A stretch of 64,000 bases of DNA from an uncultured Erysipelotrichaceae bacterium (GTDB lineage: Bacteria; Bacillota_I; Bacilli_A; RFN20; CAG-826): positions 14,585 through 78,584 of the forward strand of contig CADAXQ010000003.1 in the NCBI GenBank assembly GCA_902791935.1, given 5' to 3'. The notes under the pieces were generated by a model. It had not been told where the DNA came from and searched no databases. It was given only the letters and a program-made list of their open reading frames with translations. Below are positions 27,741 through 37,675 of the stretch, piece after piece; position 1 is the first letter of the stretch, and each line of letters opens with the position of its first letter. The translations under genes and the position numbers were made by a program.

Positions 27741-28688
27741 ATGACACGTCTAGCTTTAGGTGTGGCCCTTAAACAAAAGCCACGGCATACGCACTATCAT
27801 CGTAAAATCACGCCAGTTGTTGTACTTGACGAAATTGTAAAATGGCTCATTTGGGTTGTGATGATCGTATATTCTTTATCTTTGCTCATCCTTCCGATTT
27901 GGATGATACTTTCCTCATTCCGTGATATCTATAGCTACAATTTGAATCCGTTTGCGTGGCCAGAACAATGGGGATATTTTGATAATTATCGGGTCGCCTA
28001 TGAGAATTTGAAAGTTCGATTGACCGATGGCACAACTTATAATTTCTTCCAACTCGCATTGTTTTCTTTGATATGGTCGGTCATGAATCCGCTGATTACC
28101 AATTTCTTTACTCTTTTGATGGCTTATGTGATTTGCAAATATAAGTTTCCTGGGCGGAAATTCTTATATAACTTTGGCATTGTGCTGATGATTATTCCAA
28201 TCATTGGCTCTTTGCCTTCCGCCATGATGGTCAAGAAAGCGTTAGGCATCTACGACAACATGTTCTTGATGTTATTGACCTCGCCGGTTGGCTGCTTTTC
28301 TGGCTTTGGTTTCTTGCTATTCTATGGTGCATTTAAATCTATGCCTTGGGATTATGCCGAGGCAGTATTCGTTGATGGTGGAGGTCACTGGCAAGCATTT
28401 CTTCGCTGCTATTTCCCCATGGTTCTCCCCATATTTATGGTTCAAATTGTCCTCGGATTCATTGGATCGTGGAATGACTATTCAACCTTTATGCTTTGGC
28501 TGCCATCCACTCCAAACCTGGCATATGGTCTCTATCTTTTCCAAGAAAACGCAACTGGTGTTGCCAACTCTAACGTAGTCGAAATCTTAGCGGGATTTAG
28601 CATTGTTATTATTCCTACCGTCATTCTTTACTTTGCTTCTCATCGATTGATTAACTCGAATTTTATGATCGGAGGTATTAAAGGATGA
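27741..28688 (+). CDS. carbohydrate ABC transporter permease (MalG/LplC-like)
   Basis: Start at ATG 27741 (RBS GGAGGAG). EAA-like loop DYAEAVFVDGGGHWQAFLRCYFPMVLP. Six TMs. Confidence 0.8.
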   Translation: MTRLALGVALKQKPRHTHYHRKITPVVVLDEIVKWLIWVVMIVYSLSLLILPIWMILSSFRDIYSYNLNPFAWPEQWGYFDNYRVAYENLKVRLTDGTTYNFFQLALFSLIWSVMNPLITNFFTLLMAYVICKYKFPGRKFLYNFGIVLMIIPIIGSLPSAMMVKKALGIYDNMFLMLLTSPVGCFSGFGFLLFYGAFKSMPWDYAEAVFVDGGGHWQAFLRCYFPMVLPIFMVQIVLGFIGSWNDYSTFMLWLPSTPNLAYGLYLFQENATGVANSNVVEILAGFSIVIIPTVILYFASHRLINSNFMIGGIKG

Positions 28689-30550
28689 AAAAAATCGTGC
28701 GCCGATGTTTCCCTTTTGCTTTCGTTTTTGCTGCCATTTTAATGGGTTGCGTAACGAATGCCCCTTCTCACGATTCTTCGTCTTGCAGCGAAGCGTCATC
28801 TATTGCTTCAAACTATCAACTGACTGCGCCCGATTTTTTCGCGGTAAAAACAAACGAGACATCCTTCGATTTCACAAAAGGGGTTTATCTTCGCCATAAT
28901 GGCAAAAAGATTCGCTATTCGATTGACACATCTGCCGTGGATTTTACGCAAGTTGGTCAATATGTGTCCGTGATTAAAACGGCAGACGAATCCTTTCATC
29001 AAACAGTTCCCGTTCGAGTGTATGCCAAGCCATCAATTCGTGGAAATCTAGAAAATCCGTCTTTTGAATACGCAAAACGTTACGACATCACGAAGAACTT
29101 CTCTTGCGTTGATTCGTTTGGTGAGCCCTTAACGATTCAAGCGGAATACGAAGCGGATTCTATGGGAAGAATTGCTTCTACCGGCGCTACTGTGCATTTA
29201 ACCTCTGTTGATGCGGCGGGAAATGTTGCCTCTTTCTATGTCCATGATGTTCGCTTAACCAACATGGTTACGCCAAAAATCGCTGACCTCACTTTGGATT
29301 TAGCTTCGCCAGAGAACGAAATTCCAGAAGCGAAAAACTATACGAATCCTCGCGTAGCGTGCGAAAACCACATCCTGAATGATCATGAATGGCTTCTTGG
29401 CAGCAAAATCAGTAAGAGGTACTTGAAATCGCTTGGAACGGGAAGTCATGAATTCGTTTTTTCGTGCCTAGAAGGATATTCTTCTTTTGTCGTCACTATT
29501 ACAGATCAAAAAAAGCCCGCCATCATTTATGACCTCTCTTATGATGGTGCAGAAGTACTAGAAGGGACGCTATCATTATCTCCGTTCGCTTTACAATCTG
29601 AAGATTCCTACCAAAATCTAGAAATTACTTATACGCTAACACGGAACGGAGAAGCAACCGATGTTCGTGAAGCCTTGCCGACTGGCAAATATGTTTATTC
29701 GGCATTGATAAGGCGTGGCGGTGAAACAATAGAAACTAAGTCTATATCTTTCGCTGTTTTGGCCTTGTGTGATTACCATTCCTCTGTGTCTCATCTTTTT
29801 GCATCGGACTATTTTGATGACAGCGAGGTTACGTCTTCCTTCACAAACAACGGCATCGAGATTTCTGCGGAGGCAGGAAAGAACCTTTATTTTGACCGCA
29901 TCTTGTTACGTTCGGCAATAGAACAAGGGAGAGACACGCTATGTTTCCGCTTCCAATCGCATACGGCTTCTGCGAGCGAGCTCCTTTGGTTCGGAAATGG
30001 CGCTTGGAGCCTTCCTGGCAATATGGTCGCGCTAGGTGGTTCAAAAGAGACTACTCTAGCGGGACAAGTTTTCTCTTTGTCTGTACCGTTAAGCTTGTTT
30101 TGCGACGATTATCCTCGGTTTAATTTGTTTTTCTCGCAGGCAACTTCATTAACATTAACAGAAATTAAGTTTGTTGCGTCCCCCATTCACGCTGTTGATT
30201 CCTTTTATCGCGCTTACTATTATCCAGAAAAAGGCGGTTCCTACACTTTGTTTCCAGTCGGAAACAGGGATCTTACTGGCTACGCGGTCTATGCATTGTC
30301 CCGAGCGCTATTCCAAGATGGCATTGCTGTAAACGCCAAGAACGCGACGATAACATTCACAAGTAACAGCGCTATCTCCCTTCGCCTTGTCTTGCCTGAT
30401 GGTACAAGCCAATCATATACAGCAAGCCCGAGCGAAGGCGTATCGGTGACTGTCGATCTTTCGCTATTTTCAGCCACTGACGCCAGTATGACTTTAACGT
30501 TTGATGCAGTCTGGGCCGATGTCACAATGAGCGTTCCGCTTTACGCCTAA
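28685..30550 (+). CDS. surface lipoprotein of unknown function (621 aa)
   Basis: Lipobox AILMGC. ATGA overlap with the permease. Probably beta-rich repeats. Confidence 0.5.
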   Translation: MKKIVRRCFPFAFVFAAILMGCVTNAPSHDSSSCSEASSIASNYQLTAPDFFAVKTNETSFDFTKGVYLRHNGKKIRYSIDTSAVDFTQVGQYVSVIKTADESFHQTVPVRVYAKPSIRGNLENPSFEYAKRYDITKNFSCVDSFGEPLTIQAEYEADSMGRIASTGATVHLTSVDAAGNVASFYVHDVRLTNMVTPKIADLTLDLASPENEIPEAKNYTNPRVACENHILNDHEWLLGSKISKRYLKSLGTGSHEFVFSCLEGYSSFVVTITDQKKPAIIYDLSYDGAEVLEGTLSLSPFALQSEDSYQNLEITYTLTRNGEATDVREALPTGKYVYSALIRRGGETIETKSISFAVLALCDYHSSVSHLFASDYFDDSEVTSSFTNNGIEISAEAGKNLYFDRILLRSAIEQGRDTLCFRFQSHTASASELLWFGNGAWSLPGNMVALGGSKETTLAGQVFSLSVPLSLFCDDYPRFNLFFSQATSLTLTEIKFVASPIHAVDSFYRAYYYPEKGGSYTLFPVGNRDLTGYAVYALSRALFQDGIAVNAKNATITFTSNSAISLRLVLPDGTSQSYTASPSEGVSVTVDLSLFSATDASMTLTFDAVWADVTMSVPLYA

Positions 30551-30563
30551 GGAGGAAAAACAA

Positions 30564-33500
30564 ATGAGAAAACTATTTCGAATTCTGCAAGCAACCCTAC
30601 TAGGCGGGTGCGGCGTCTTGGCATTATTTTCTTCCCCCACATCAGAGCCATTCCCCAAGTTCGCCGTTCATTTTGCAGGCAACAACGTAGTCTACACCTA
30701 TGGATTGTTAGGAACTTTGTACGATGTTTCCTCTGCCCAATCGGTTACCGATCCCTACGGGAAAGAATTGGATATTTCGTCGGGCAAAGTTTTGCTTTCT
30801 ATTGCGACTGGCTATTACTCCATTCAATACGCAAACAAAAGTGAACGGTTAAAAGTTTATGAAGAAAAACCCGACGATATTGCGATTTTGCAAGGCGAAT
30901 ATCCCGCTTCCATGAATGTGGGGGAGGCCATCGTTCTTCCTACGATTCAAATTCGCTCGGGAATTGTCCGCACGGATCCAAACGCACCCAAAATCGGAAG
31001 TTATGATGACTATTATTTAGAAATATATGAAGACGGTGCTTTATTAACCACCATCGCAAAAGAAAATCTGGGGCAAGATTATTTTTTTGAAGAACCTGGC
31101 GCGTATGAATTTGATTATTGTTATACCGATGTATTTCGGGACTTAATGCGCGTTCCGTATTTATTGGAAGTCAAAGACAAACCAACAATCGTGGCATATT
31201 CTTTGCCCTCTTTTGTGGATATTCATAATACTGTTTCTTTAAGTGGTGTTTATGGCTATGACGGTGGTGTGCGCTATGCCGTAGAAAAGACTTATGTTGC
31301 CCCTTCTGGAGAAACGGGCACTTTGTCGGATGTCTTTGAACCAAAAGAATTAGGAACATACACCCTTCGTTTTACGTTTTCATTAAATGGTGAAACTGTG
31401 CGGCGTGAAATATCAATAACATCCACGAATGGCGGATCTGGGCTTTTGAAGGAGCGGATTGGTTTAGGAACGATAACAGCAGGAAATCGGCTTCCTTCGA
31501 ACGTGCAAGGCATGTCCCAAGAGGGTTTAAATGTAACTTTCCAAGACGCTTCTGCCTCGTTCTATTACGGAAAGACCATTGATTTGTCTGCATTAGATGG
31601 CAACGATTTGGCAGAGTTTTTGCCTAATCCCACAGCAAATCCTGGGACTATCAAGGAAATGGCTTTCCGTTTGATTGACGCGTACGACTCAAGCAACGTG
31701 CTCTCGCTTCGCTTTCAAAAAAACGACATCTATGCGAACCAAACGATTGTTCGCGCTGGCTATAACGGAGTTGAATATGGCGAAACGTTGGATGCTAACG
31801 GAAATGCGCTAATTGGTGGGGATGGCAATTTAATTGATTGGGGTTTTTCGGTGTGTTGGGACGGCGCCATGGGACCGGCGGAAAACATCAACTCCACGTA
31901 CATTCCTTTGAATTTTACTTATAACAGCGAAAGCAGTGAATTTTCGATGCGAACGCAAAAGAGCGATCTTGCGTCTAATCACCGAATCCGTATTTGCAAT
32001 GCTAAAGACCGCTTAGGCTTTCCGGGTTTCCGAGGCAACGAGGTTTATCTTTCCGTCACCGTAAATAATGGAACGGGGGATGTTCTGTTTACTTCGTTAA
32101 ATGGGGAAAGTCCATCGGAGGTTACGGAATCAACCTTTGCGGGAAACGAGTCGGTTTTATTAGGCAAAAAAGGATTTTCTTCCCTTCCAGTCGGAGTGGT
32201 AGGAGTGGCATATCCTTTGCCAAGCTTGCATGTGACGAATCCGTTTGGTTCGGACTATGACTTCATTTATGCTTTGTCAAAAGACGGCAAAGATATTTCT
32301 AATGAGATTGAAAATGGCCGTTTCGTGCCAAAAGCAGCGGGTGAATATACCATTTCGTGTCAAATCACAAACCAATATGACATTCAAGTAAGCAAAGAGG
32401 GATCGTTCCAAGTAGACACTGCGCGAACCCCCATGGACATCGTGGTTTCTTTCCCCGCCCAACCGGTGCGGCGAAAAGAAAACTTCATGATCCCCAGCAT
32501 TCAAGTAACGGGCGGCAATGGCGTAACACATTATTCTGCGGTCTTGTTGTTGGACGGCGTTGAGCAACAGCCCATCGTGACAGGAGATGTGGTTCCTTTA
32601 AGCAACCTTGGGGTCTATGCGATTCGGGTTACTGCCGTTGATGAATTGGGCTTCACGGACTGCAAAGATTTTCCGATTTCTATCGATGATGACTTCCTTT
32701 ATTTCCATTTGGATTCACTTCCGCGGTCCATTGATTTAGATGAAAGCTTTGTGATTCCCACACCTGTCGCCATTAATTTTGCGACGCAAAAGAAGCCGAC
32801 GATATCCGCTTTTCTGAACGGAAAATCAGTTTCATTAGGGGAAGAAGTGACATTTCAAGACGTTGGAACAAAAACCTTAACTTATGTTATCAACCAGGGA
32901 TCGACGGACGAGGAAACTCATGAATTCACATTTCGTGTGTTAGATCGCAACACCGAAATGAGCGATTTATCCACCTATTTCGCTTTGGGCGGAGGCATTG
33001 ATAATGTGACTGCAACAAGCGATGGGGCGAGCTTTACCTATCACAAAGAGACAGAAGGGAACGCAACTATTGATTTGCCGTATTTACTTTCTAACAACGG
33101 ACTATCTATCTCATTCGATTTGCTTGAAACAACCCCGAATTTAGAGTCAGTAGACTTTCTTTTAACTGGCAAAAACGGAAAAACACTGCAATTCGGAGTT
33201 CATCATCTTTATTATTCCAAAAAAGAAAGAGCCGAGTTATGGATTAATGACGCCTTTCAAGGAGTTTATCTTCAAGCGGAACAAGGCGCCTATGTTTCTG
33301 GCGACTATGCCAAAATCAACTATCGGCATTATTATTTGTCTTTTAACGGCCCTTTAAAGAAAATAGCAAACGCGAATCTTCAAACATTAGGAGAAACTTT
33401 ATATTGGTCTGATGGGACCCCGTTTGCGGGATTTCCTGAAGGTGGATGCTATCTAACCATTCGTCTTGGCGGTATCAATGACGCTGGAACATTCTTGTTA

Positions 33501-34112
33501 CGTGCCATCAGCAATCAATCTTTCGCCAAAGCGGCATTAGAAGTAGGAGATCGTATTCCGCCGTCGCTTGGCTGGGAAAGCGTTTTGGCGAAGAACAATT
33601 ATTTATCGCAAGGCGATATCGTTAGCGTTCCTGCGGTCGGCGCCTATGACATGTTCTGCCATACATCTTCTTTGACGTTGACGCTGACTAATCCCGATGG
33701 GACGAGAATCAAGGACAGCGCTTCGTCCGAGGCTTTCTCTTTTAAATTAGAAAAAACGGGGCAATATATTTTGTTATTTACTACAAAAGACAAGGCAAAT
33801 CGACGCGGAAACTATCTTTTTACATTCGAAGCGCGTGACAGCGAAGCACCAACCCTTTCTGTGGCGGGCTCCTACGAAACGAGTTACGCCTTGCATTCTA
33901 CCATAACGATTTTGTCAGCAACCGCAAATGACAACGCTTCTACTTCGTTATATCTTGGGGCTTCTTTGATTTTCCCGGACGGATATCGGAAGCCCGTTAC
34001 GTTCGGCGAAGACATAACGCTTGATGACGCGGGAACGTATGAACTTCGTTATGTGGCCATGGATCAAGACGGAAATCAAACCTGCAAGTCATTTACATGG
34101 GAGGTCCGATAG
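30564..34112 (+). CDS. large secreted/lipoprotein with multiple Ig-like repeat domains (1182 aa)
   Basis: Signal peptide LLGGC. Recurring ~100-aa units share a G-x-Y-x-hydrophobic...D-x-x-G-N pattern (GAYEFDYCYTD, GTYTLRFTFSLNGE, GEYTISCQITN, GVYAIRVTAVDELGF, GQYILLFTTKD, GTYELRYVAMDQDGN). Confidence 0.5.
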   Translation: MRKLFRILQATLLGGCGVLALFSSPTSEPFPKFAVHFAGNNVVYTYGLLGTLYDVSSAQSVTDPYGKELDISSGKVLLSIATGYYSIQYANKSERLKVYEEKPDDIAILQGEYPASMNVGEAIVLPTIQIRSGIVRTDPNAPKIGSYDDYYLEIYEDGALLTTIAKENLGQDYFFEEPGAYEFDYCYTDVFRDLMRVPYLLEVKDKPTIVAYSLPSFVDIHNTVSLSGVYGYDGGVRYAVEKTYVAPSGETGTLSDVFEPKELGTYTLRFTFSLNGETVRREISITSTNGGSGLLKERIGLGTITAGNRLPSNVQGMSQEGLNVTFQDASASFYYGKTIDLSALDGNDLAEFLPNPTANPGTIKEMAFRLIDAYDSSNVLSLRFQKNDIYANQTIVRAGYNGVEYGETLDANGNALIGGDGNLIDWGFSVCWDGAMGPAENINSTYIPLNFTYNSESSEFSMRTQKSDLASNHRIRICNAKDRLGFPGFRGNEVYLSVTVNNGTGDVLFTSLNGESPSEVTESTFAGNESVLLGKKGFSSLPVGVVGVAYPLPSLHVTNPFGSDYDFIYALSKDGKDISNEIENGRFVPKAAGEYTISCQITNQYDIQVSKEGSFQVDTARTPMDIVVSFPAQPVRRKENFMIPSIQVTGGNGVTHYSAVLLLDGVEQQPIVTGDVVPLSNLGVYAIRVTAVDELGFTDCKDFPISIDDDFLYFHLDSLPRSIDLDESFVIPTPVAINFATQKKPTISAFLNGKSVSLGEEVTFQDVGTKTLTYVINQGSTDEETHEFTFRVLDRNTEMSDLSTYFALGGGIDNVTATSDGASFTYHKETEGNATIDLPYLLSNNGLSISFDLLETTPNLESVDFLLTGKNGKTLQFGVHHLYYSKKERAELWINDAFQGVYLQAEQGAYVSGDYAKINYRHYYLSFNGPLKKIANANLQTLGETLYWSDGTPFAGFPEGGCYLTIRLGGINDAGTFLLRAISNQSFAKAALEVGDRIPPSLGWESVLAKNNYLSQGDIVSVPAVGAYDMFCHTSSLTLTLTNPDGTRIKDSASSEAFSFKLEKTGQYILLFTTKDKANRRGNYLFTFEARDSEAPTLSVAGSYETSYALHSTITILSATANDNASTSLYLGASLIFPDGYRKPVTFGEDITLDDAGTYELRYVAMDQDGNQTCKSFTWEVR

Positions 34113-34124
34113 GAAAAAACGCTT

Positions 34125-36224
34125 ATGAAAACACAACGAATTTTCTCTCTCGTTTGCACTACGCTTATGTTGTTTTCTTGCAACCCCAACCATCCTTCTT
34201 TGAGCGTCGCGGTTTCTTCCTCCCCAGAGGACCCAAATATTATTGTCGATCCCGGTACGGATACTGTTTATTCCTTATTTGCTGATGGCAAAAGCGATTA
34301 TTCTATCGTCGTTCCCGCGCTTTCTTCGGATACGGAGCGTTCAGCCGCAACAGAATTGGCTGGTTATTTCTCATCGGTTGGCTCTGTTTCCGTTCCTGTC
34401 ATCACAGACGACCAAGCGATATGGAATGCAAACTCTGCTTACATTTCGTTAGGTGATGTGAGTTTTGCCCGTGAAGCTGGGGTGGTTTATGATAAAACGA
34501 TTTTGAATGGGGATGGTTTTGTTTTTCAAAGTAAAGGCCGCTCCCTCTTTATTTTAGCCAACAACGATAATGGCATTTTATATGGTTCCTATCAGTTCGC
34601 AGAAGACGTTCTTGGCGTCCGTTTTCTTACTTACGACACCACCTATCTTCCCAGGCTAAATGAGGTCAAGTTTAAGTCATACGACCGCACATTCATACCG
34701 GTGTTTACGCATCGTAACCATTTAACAACATCGAGCTATGGCTCAACTTCCTCCAATGTTGCTTATACTGCGCACATGCGCTATACCAGCCAATATTGTA
34801 AGATGCCGGCGAATAAAGGCACAGATTTGGGCTGGTGCCAAGACTATGTGGCCGCCGATCATAATTCGTTGGATTATGTTGATCCTAAAGCCAAAGATGA
34901 GCAAGGAAATTATCTTTATTTGCAAAGCGATGGTCGAATTAAACCTGAATATCGCCATATTTGGGCCCACAGCGACAATGCCGAAACAACCGCTTATTAT
35001 CGAGACAACGCCATTGTTTATGATGATCCAACGAACGCCACTGTGTACGACATTTGTTGGACGGACGGCATACAAGAAGACGGAACGATCGATGATACAA
35101 TAGAAATCTCCGCCATTAAAATTGCCGTTCAACGCATGAAATATGTGATTTCTCATACGACATCTACCTATTACATGTTTGGGCAACAAGATCGCGCTAA
35201 CGCGGAGCCTTCGCCCGAAACGCAAGCGGCGGCTTTAAAATACACTATGACCGGCGTCATGATTCGTTTTATTAATGCATTGGATAACGCAATTCAGTCT
35301 TGGGCAAAAGAAATAAAGTTGGGACGAGATGTACATATTGTAATGTTTGCCTATCTATATTCCTTAAATCCACCGGTGACACAACAATCAGATGGCACCT
35401 ATCTACCAATCGATTCAACTGTGAAGCCGAACGACGACCTGTATCTTCAAGTTTGCCCCATTCGCGCTGTTGCCAACTATGCACTAGATGATCCTAATCA
35501 AGACGATAGTGTAAAACAGCTCTTTGAAAAGTGGGGCAGTCTTTCCCGCCACATTTTTACTTGGACTTATCCTGCGATGTTCCGCCAGTATTTCTTCTAT
35601 TTTAATACTGTCTCTACAACCGCACGCGATTTGCGCTATCTCAAAGAACACGGCGTCATTTACCCCATGTTGCAAGACCATTACACTGAACAGGTCGACT
35701 TACAACAATATATCCATAGCTATGTCACCAGCCATCTATATTGGAATTTATCGTTAAACGTTGATAGTTTAGTAACAGAATTTTGCCAACTCTATTTTGG
35801 GTCCGTGGCGGGTGCAATGGTCAAAGACATCATTGATGCGTTCGACAATCACGTTGCCACATTACTTTCTCAATATGGCAAAAGTGCGATTGGAGACGGT
35901 CATTATCAGGCGGCTTCTTATTGGCCAATTGCTTTCTTAAATCAACAAGTGGACCGTTTTGAAAAAGCGAAGAATGCGGTTGCGAATCTAGCACTTTCCG
36001 ATGACGAAAAACAAATCTATCGAGATCGGCTGATTAAATTCGAACTGATTCCGCAATGGATGATTTTAGTGAACTACGATTCTTATTTTACCGATGCAGA
36101 TTTCGAACGCGCTGTCTATGGGGAAGAATGGGTAAAAATCTTTACTTCTTATGGCGGTAGGTATTACGGGGAGGGCAAATCGATTTCCACTTTTGTTGCG
36201 AATGGATATCGGTTGGGAAACTAA
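34125..36224 (+). CDS. lipoprotein, putative glycoside-hydrolase-like (DUF4838-like?)
   Basis: Lipobox LFSC. The N-terminal region (ILYGSYQFAEDVLGVRFL) resembles the alpha/beta N-domain found in front of GH20/GH67/GH89 catalytic barrels. Confidence 0.35.
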   Translation: MKTQRIFSLVCTTLMLFSCNPNHPSLSVAVSSSPEDPNIIVDPGTDTVYSLFADGKSDYSIVVPALSSDTERSAATELAGYFSSVGSVSVPVITDDQAIWNANSAYISLGDVSFAREAGVVYDKTILNGDGFVFQSKGRSLFILANNDNGILYGSYQFAEDVLGVRFLTYDTTYLPRLNEVKFKSYDRTFIPVFTHRNHLTTSSYGSTSSNVAYTAHMRYTSQYCKMPANKGTDLGWCQDYVAADHNSLDYVDPKAKDEQGNYLYLQSDGRIKPEYRHIWAHSDNAETTAYYRDNAIVYDDPTNATVYDICWTDGIQEDGTIDDTIEISAIKIAVQRMKYVISHTTSTYYMFGQQDRANAEPSPETQAAALKYTMTGVMIRFINALDNAIQSWAKEIKLGRDVHIVMFAYLYSLNPPVTQQSDGTYLPIDSTVKPNDDLYLQVCPIRAVANYALDDPNQDDSVKQLFEKWGSLSRHIFTWTYPAMFRQYFFYFNTVSTTARDLRYLKEHGVIYPMLQDHYTEQVDLQQYIHSYVTSHLYWNLSLNVDSLVTEFCQLYFGSVAGAMVKDIIDAFDNHVATLLSQYGKSAIGDGHYQAASYWPIAFLNQQVDRFEKAKNAVANLALSDDEKQIYRDRLIKFELIPQWMILVNYDSYFTDADFERAVYGEEWVKIFTSYGGRYYGEGKSISTFVANGYRLGN

Positions 36225-36225
36225 A

Positions 36226-37665
36226 ATGAAGAACAAACAGACTCGAAACCATTGGTTTGTTGGCATGTATTGCTGCCCTGAACCTGGCTTTGCTTCACAT
36301 CCAAACCGCATCACGGATGCCATATATGATAATTTGGCAAACGTCGGCATTAATGCGATTTACGGCCATTATGAATTAAATAACCACCCAGATTTGGTAT
36401 TTACCGAATTAGAGTTAGCTAAGAAACATGGAATTGCTTTTTATCCTGAAGAGCCGATTTTTGCCGAATTCACTGTTCCCCAAGGTGTTCAACTGCCCAA
36501 AGGAGTCGTGGCTTATTTGGATCGTGATTTGGCAGAACGGTCCGCTCTAAAGCAAGCGATGATTACAAGGCTTTCTTCTTATCTTGGCCGTTCAGACTGC
36601 CCTGGTGTCTTTTTCTCAGACGAAGCGGGAATGGCATCTTTTTTAGGAATTCACGAAGCCAAGGAAGCCATTCAAAAAATGTTTCCTAACAAAGAATTTC
36701 ATTTGAACCATTTTAATTATTTAAACAACGATTGCGGCATGCTTTATGGCGGATATACACCAAAAAATCCTGTTCAGCCGTGGGACGGGGAACTTGCGAA
36801 TATTCCAGAAAATCGTTACCATCGCTACGACTATTATTTTGATGCATTCGATCGCTACGTGGGTAATTCCCAACTGTCAGCAGACCTTTATCCTTATGCA
36901 AATCGTTTGATATGGGGAGATATTCCTACCATTCATCGCGGCCTTTTTGATATGAATGCTTACTTCGCCAACCGGAAGCAAAAGAGCTCCAAACCATTGT
37001 CGTATTTTTCTTATTTGCAGGCGGGAAGTTTTGGCCCTGATTGCCGTGAGATGACCTATGCAGAAATGTTGCTTCAGATGAACGTGCCTATGATGTATGG
37101 GCATGAAGGAGTGGTGTTTTTCCCAGGCGTTTGGCCACAAGAATGGGCCAGCGAATATCATCCTGAACTCGCACCATACGAACATGGCGCAGGAGGATTA
37201 TTAGACATTGATGGGAAGCCAACAAAAGTGGCAGAGGATGCGAAGAGGGCATTGCAAGAAGTAAAACCAATGGCAGATCTTTTGTTATCTTGCGAATTTT
37301 TAGGAATTGCTGCTTATGGGCAGTTTGTAGGAGGGTTCAGCGAAAAAGATATCGCTGCTTTGCCATGGAACGAAGCCATTTGGCGGGGTGAACTTCCTCC
37401 TTATTGCCATTACATTCCGCAAGGGATTACGCTTTGCGGCACCTCTTCGCAGTTGCTGATTTCCTCCTTTCGTTCGGGAGAAGCAGAACTTCATGTGCTT
37501 TTGAATTCGTCTACCCAGGTTTCGGTGCAAGCGACATTATCGCTTCCCGTTCCTTCCCTTCTTCTTTGGCAAGGTGAAGAAAGGGAAATTTCTCAAGGCT
37601 CCGTATCTGTTCAACTGATGCCGGGGCAAGCCTTGCTAATTAGGCCACGCTTTGAAAGCAAATAA
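36226..37665 (+). CDS. hypothetical cytoplasmic protein (479 aa), possibly a TIM-barrel glycosidase-like
   Basis: Start at MKNKQ (36226), directly after the upstream stop. No signal peptide. No firm family assignment. Confidence 0.4.
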   Translation: MKNKQTRNHWFVGMYCCPEPGFASHPNRITDAIYDNLANVGINAIYGHYELNNHPDLVFTELELAKKHGIAFYPEEPIFAEFTVPQGVQLPKGVVAYLDRDLAERSALKQAMITRLSSYLGRSDCPGVFFSDEAGMASFLGIHEAKEAIQKMFPNKEFHLNHFNYLNNDCGMLYGGYTPKNPVQPWDGELANIPENRYHRYDYYFDAFDRYVGNSQLSADLYPYANRLIWGDIPTIHRGLFDMNAYFANRKQKSSKPLSYFSYLQAGSFGPDCREMTYAEMLLQMNVPMMYGHEGVVFFPGVWPQEWASEYHPELAPYEHGAGGLLDIDGKPTKVAEDAKRALQEVKPMADLLLSCEFLGIAAYGQFVGGFSEKDIAALPWNEAIWRGELPPYCHYIPQGITLCGTSSQLLISSFRSGEAELHVLLNSSTQVSVQATLSLPVPSLLLWQGEEREISQGSVSVQLMPGQALLIRPRFESK

Positions 37666-37675
37666 GGAGGCTTTT

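Noticed and set aside
34743-35225. 160-aa minus-strand ORF and 34738..35103 plus-strand alternative-frame ORF
   Set aside because: Both are embedded in the 699-aa lipoprotein gene. No independent support.
37652-37675. First Met of the ORF track for the repeat lipoprotein (MKANKEAF)
   Set aside because: It overlaps the upstream stop. The second Met (37676) is preceded by AAGGAGG and begins a canonical signal peptide.
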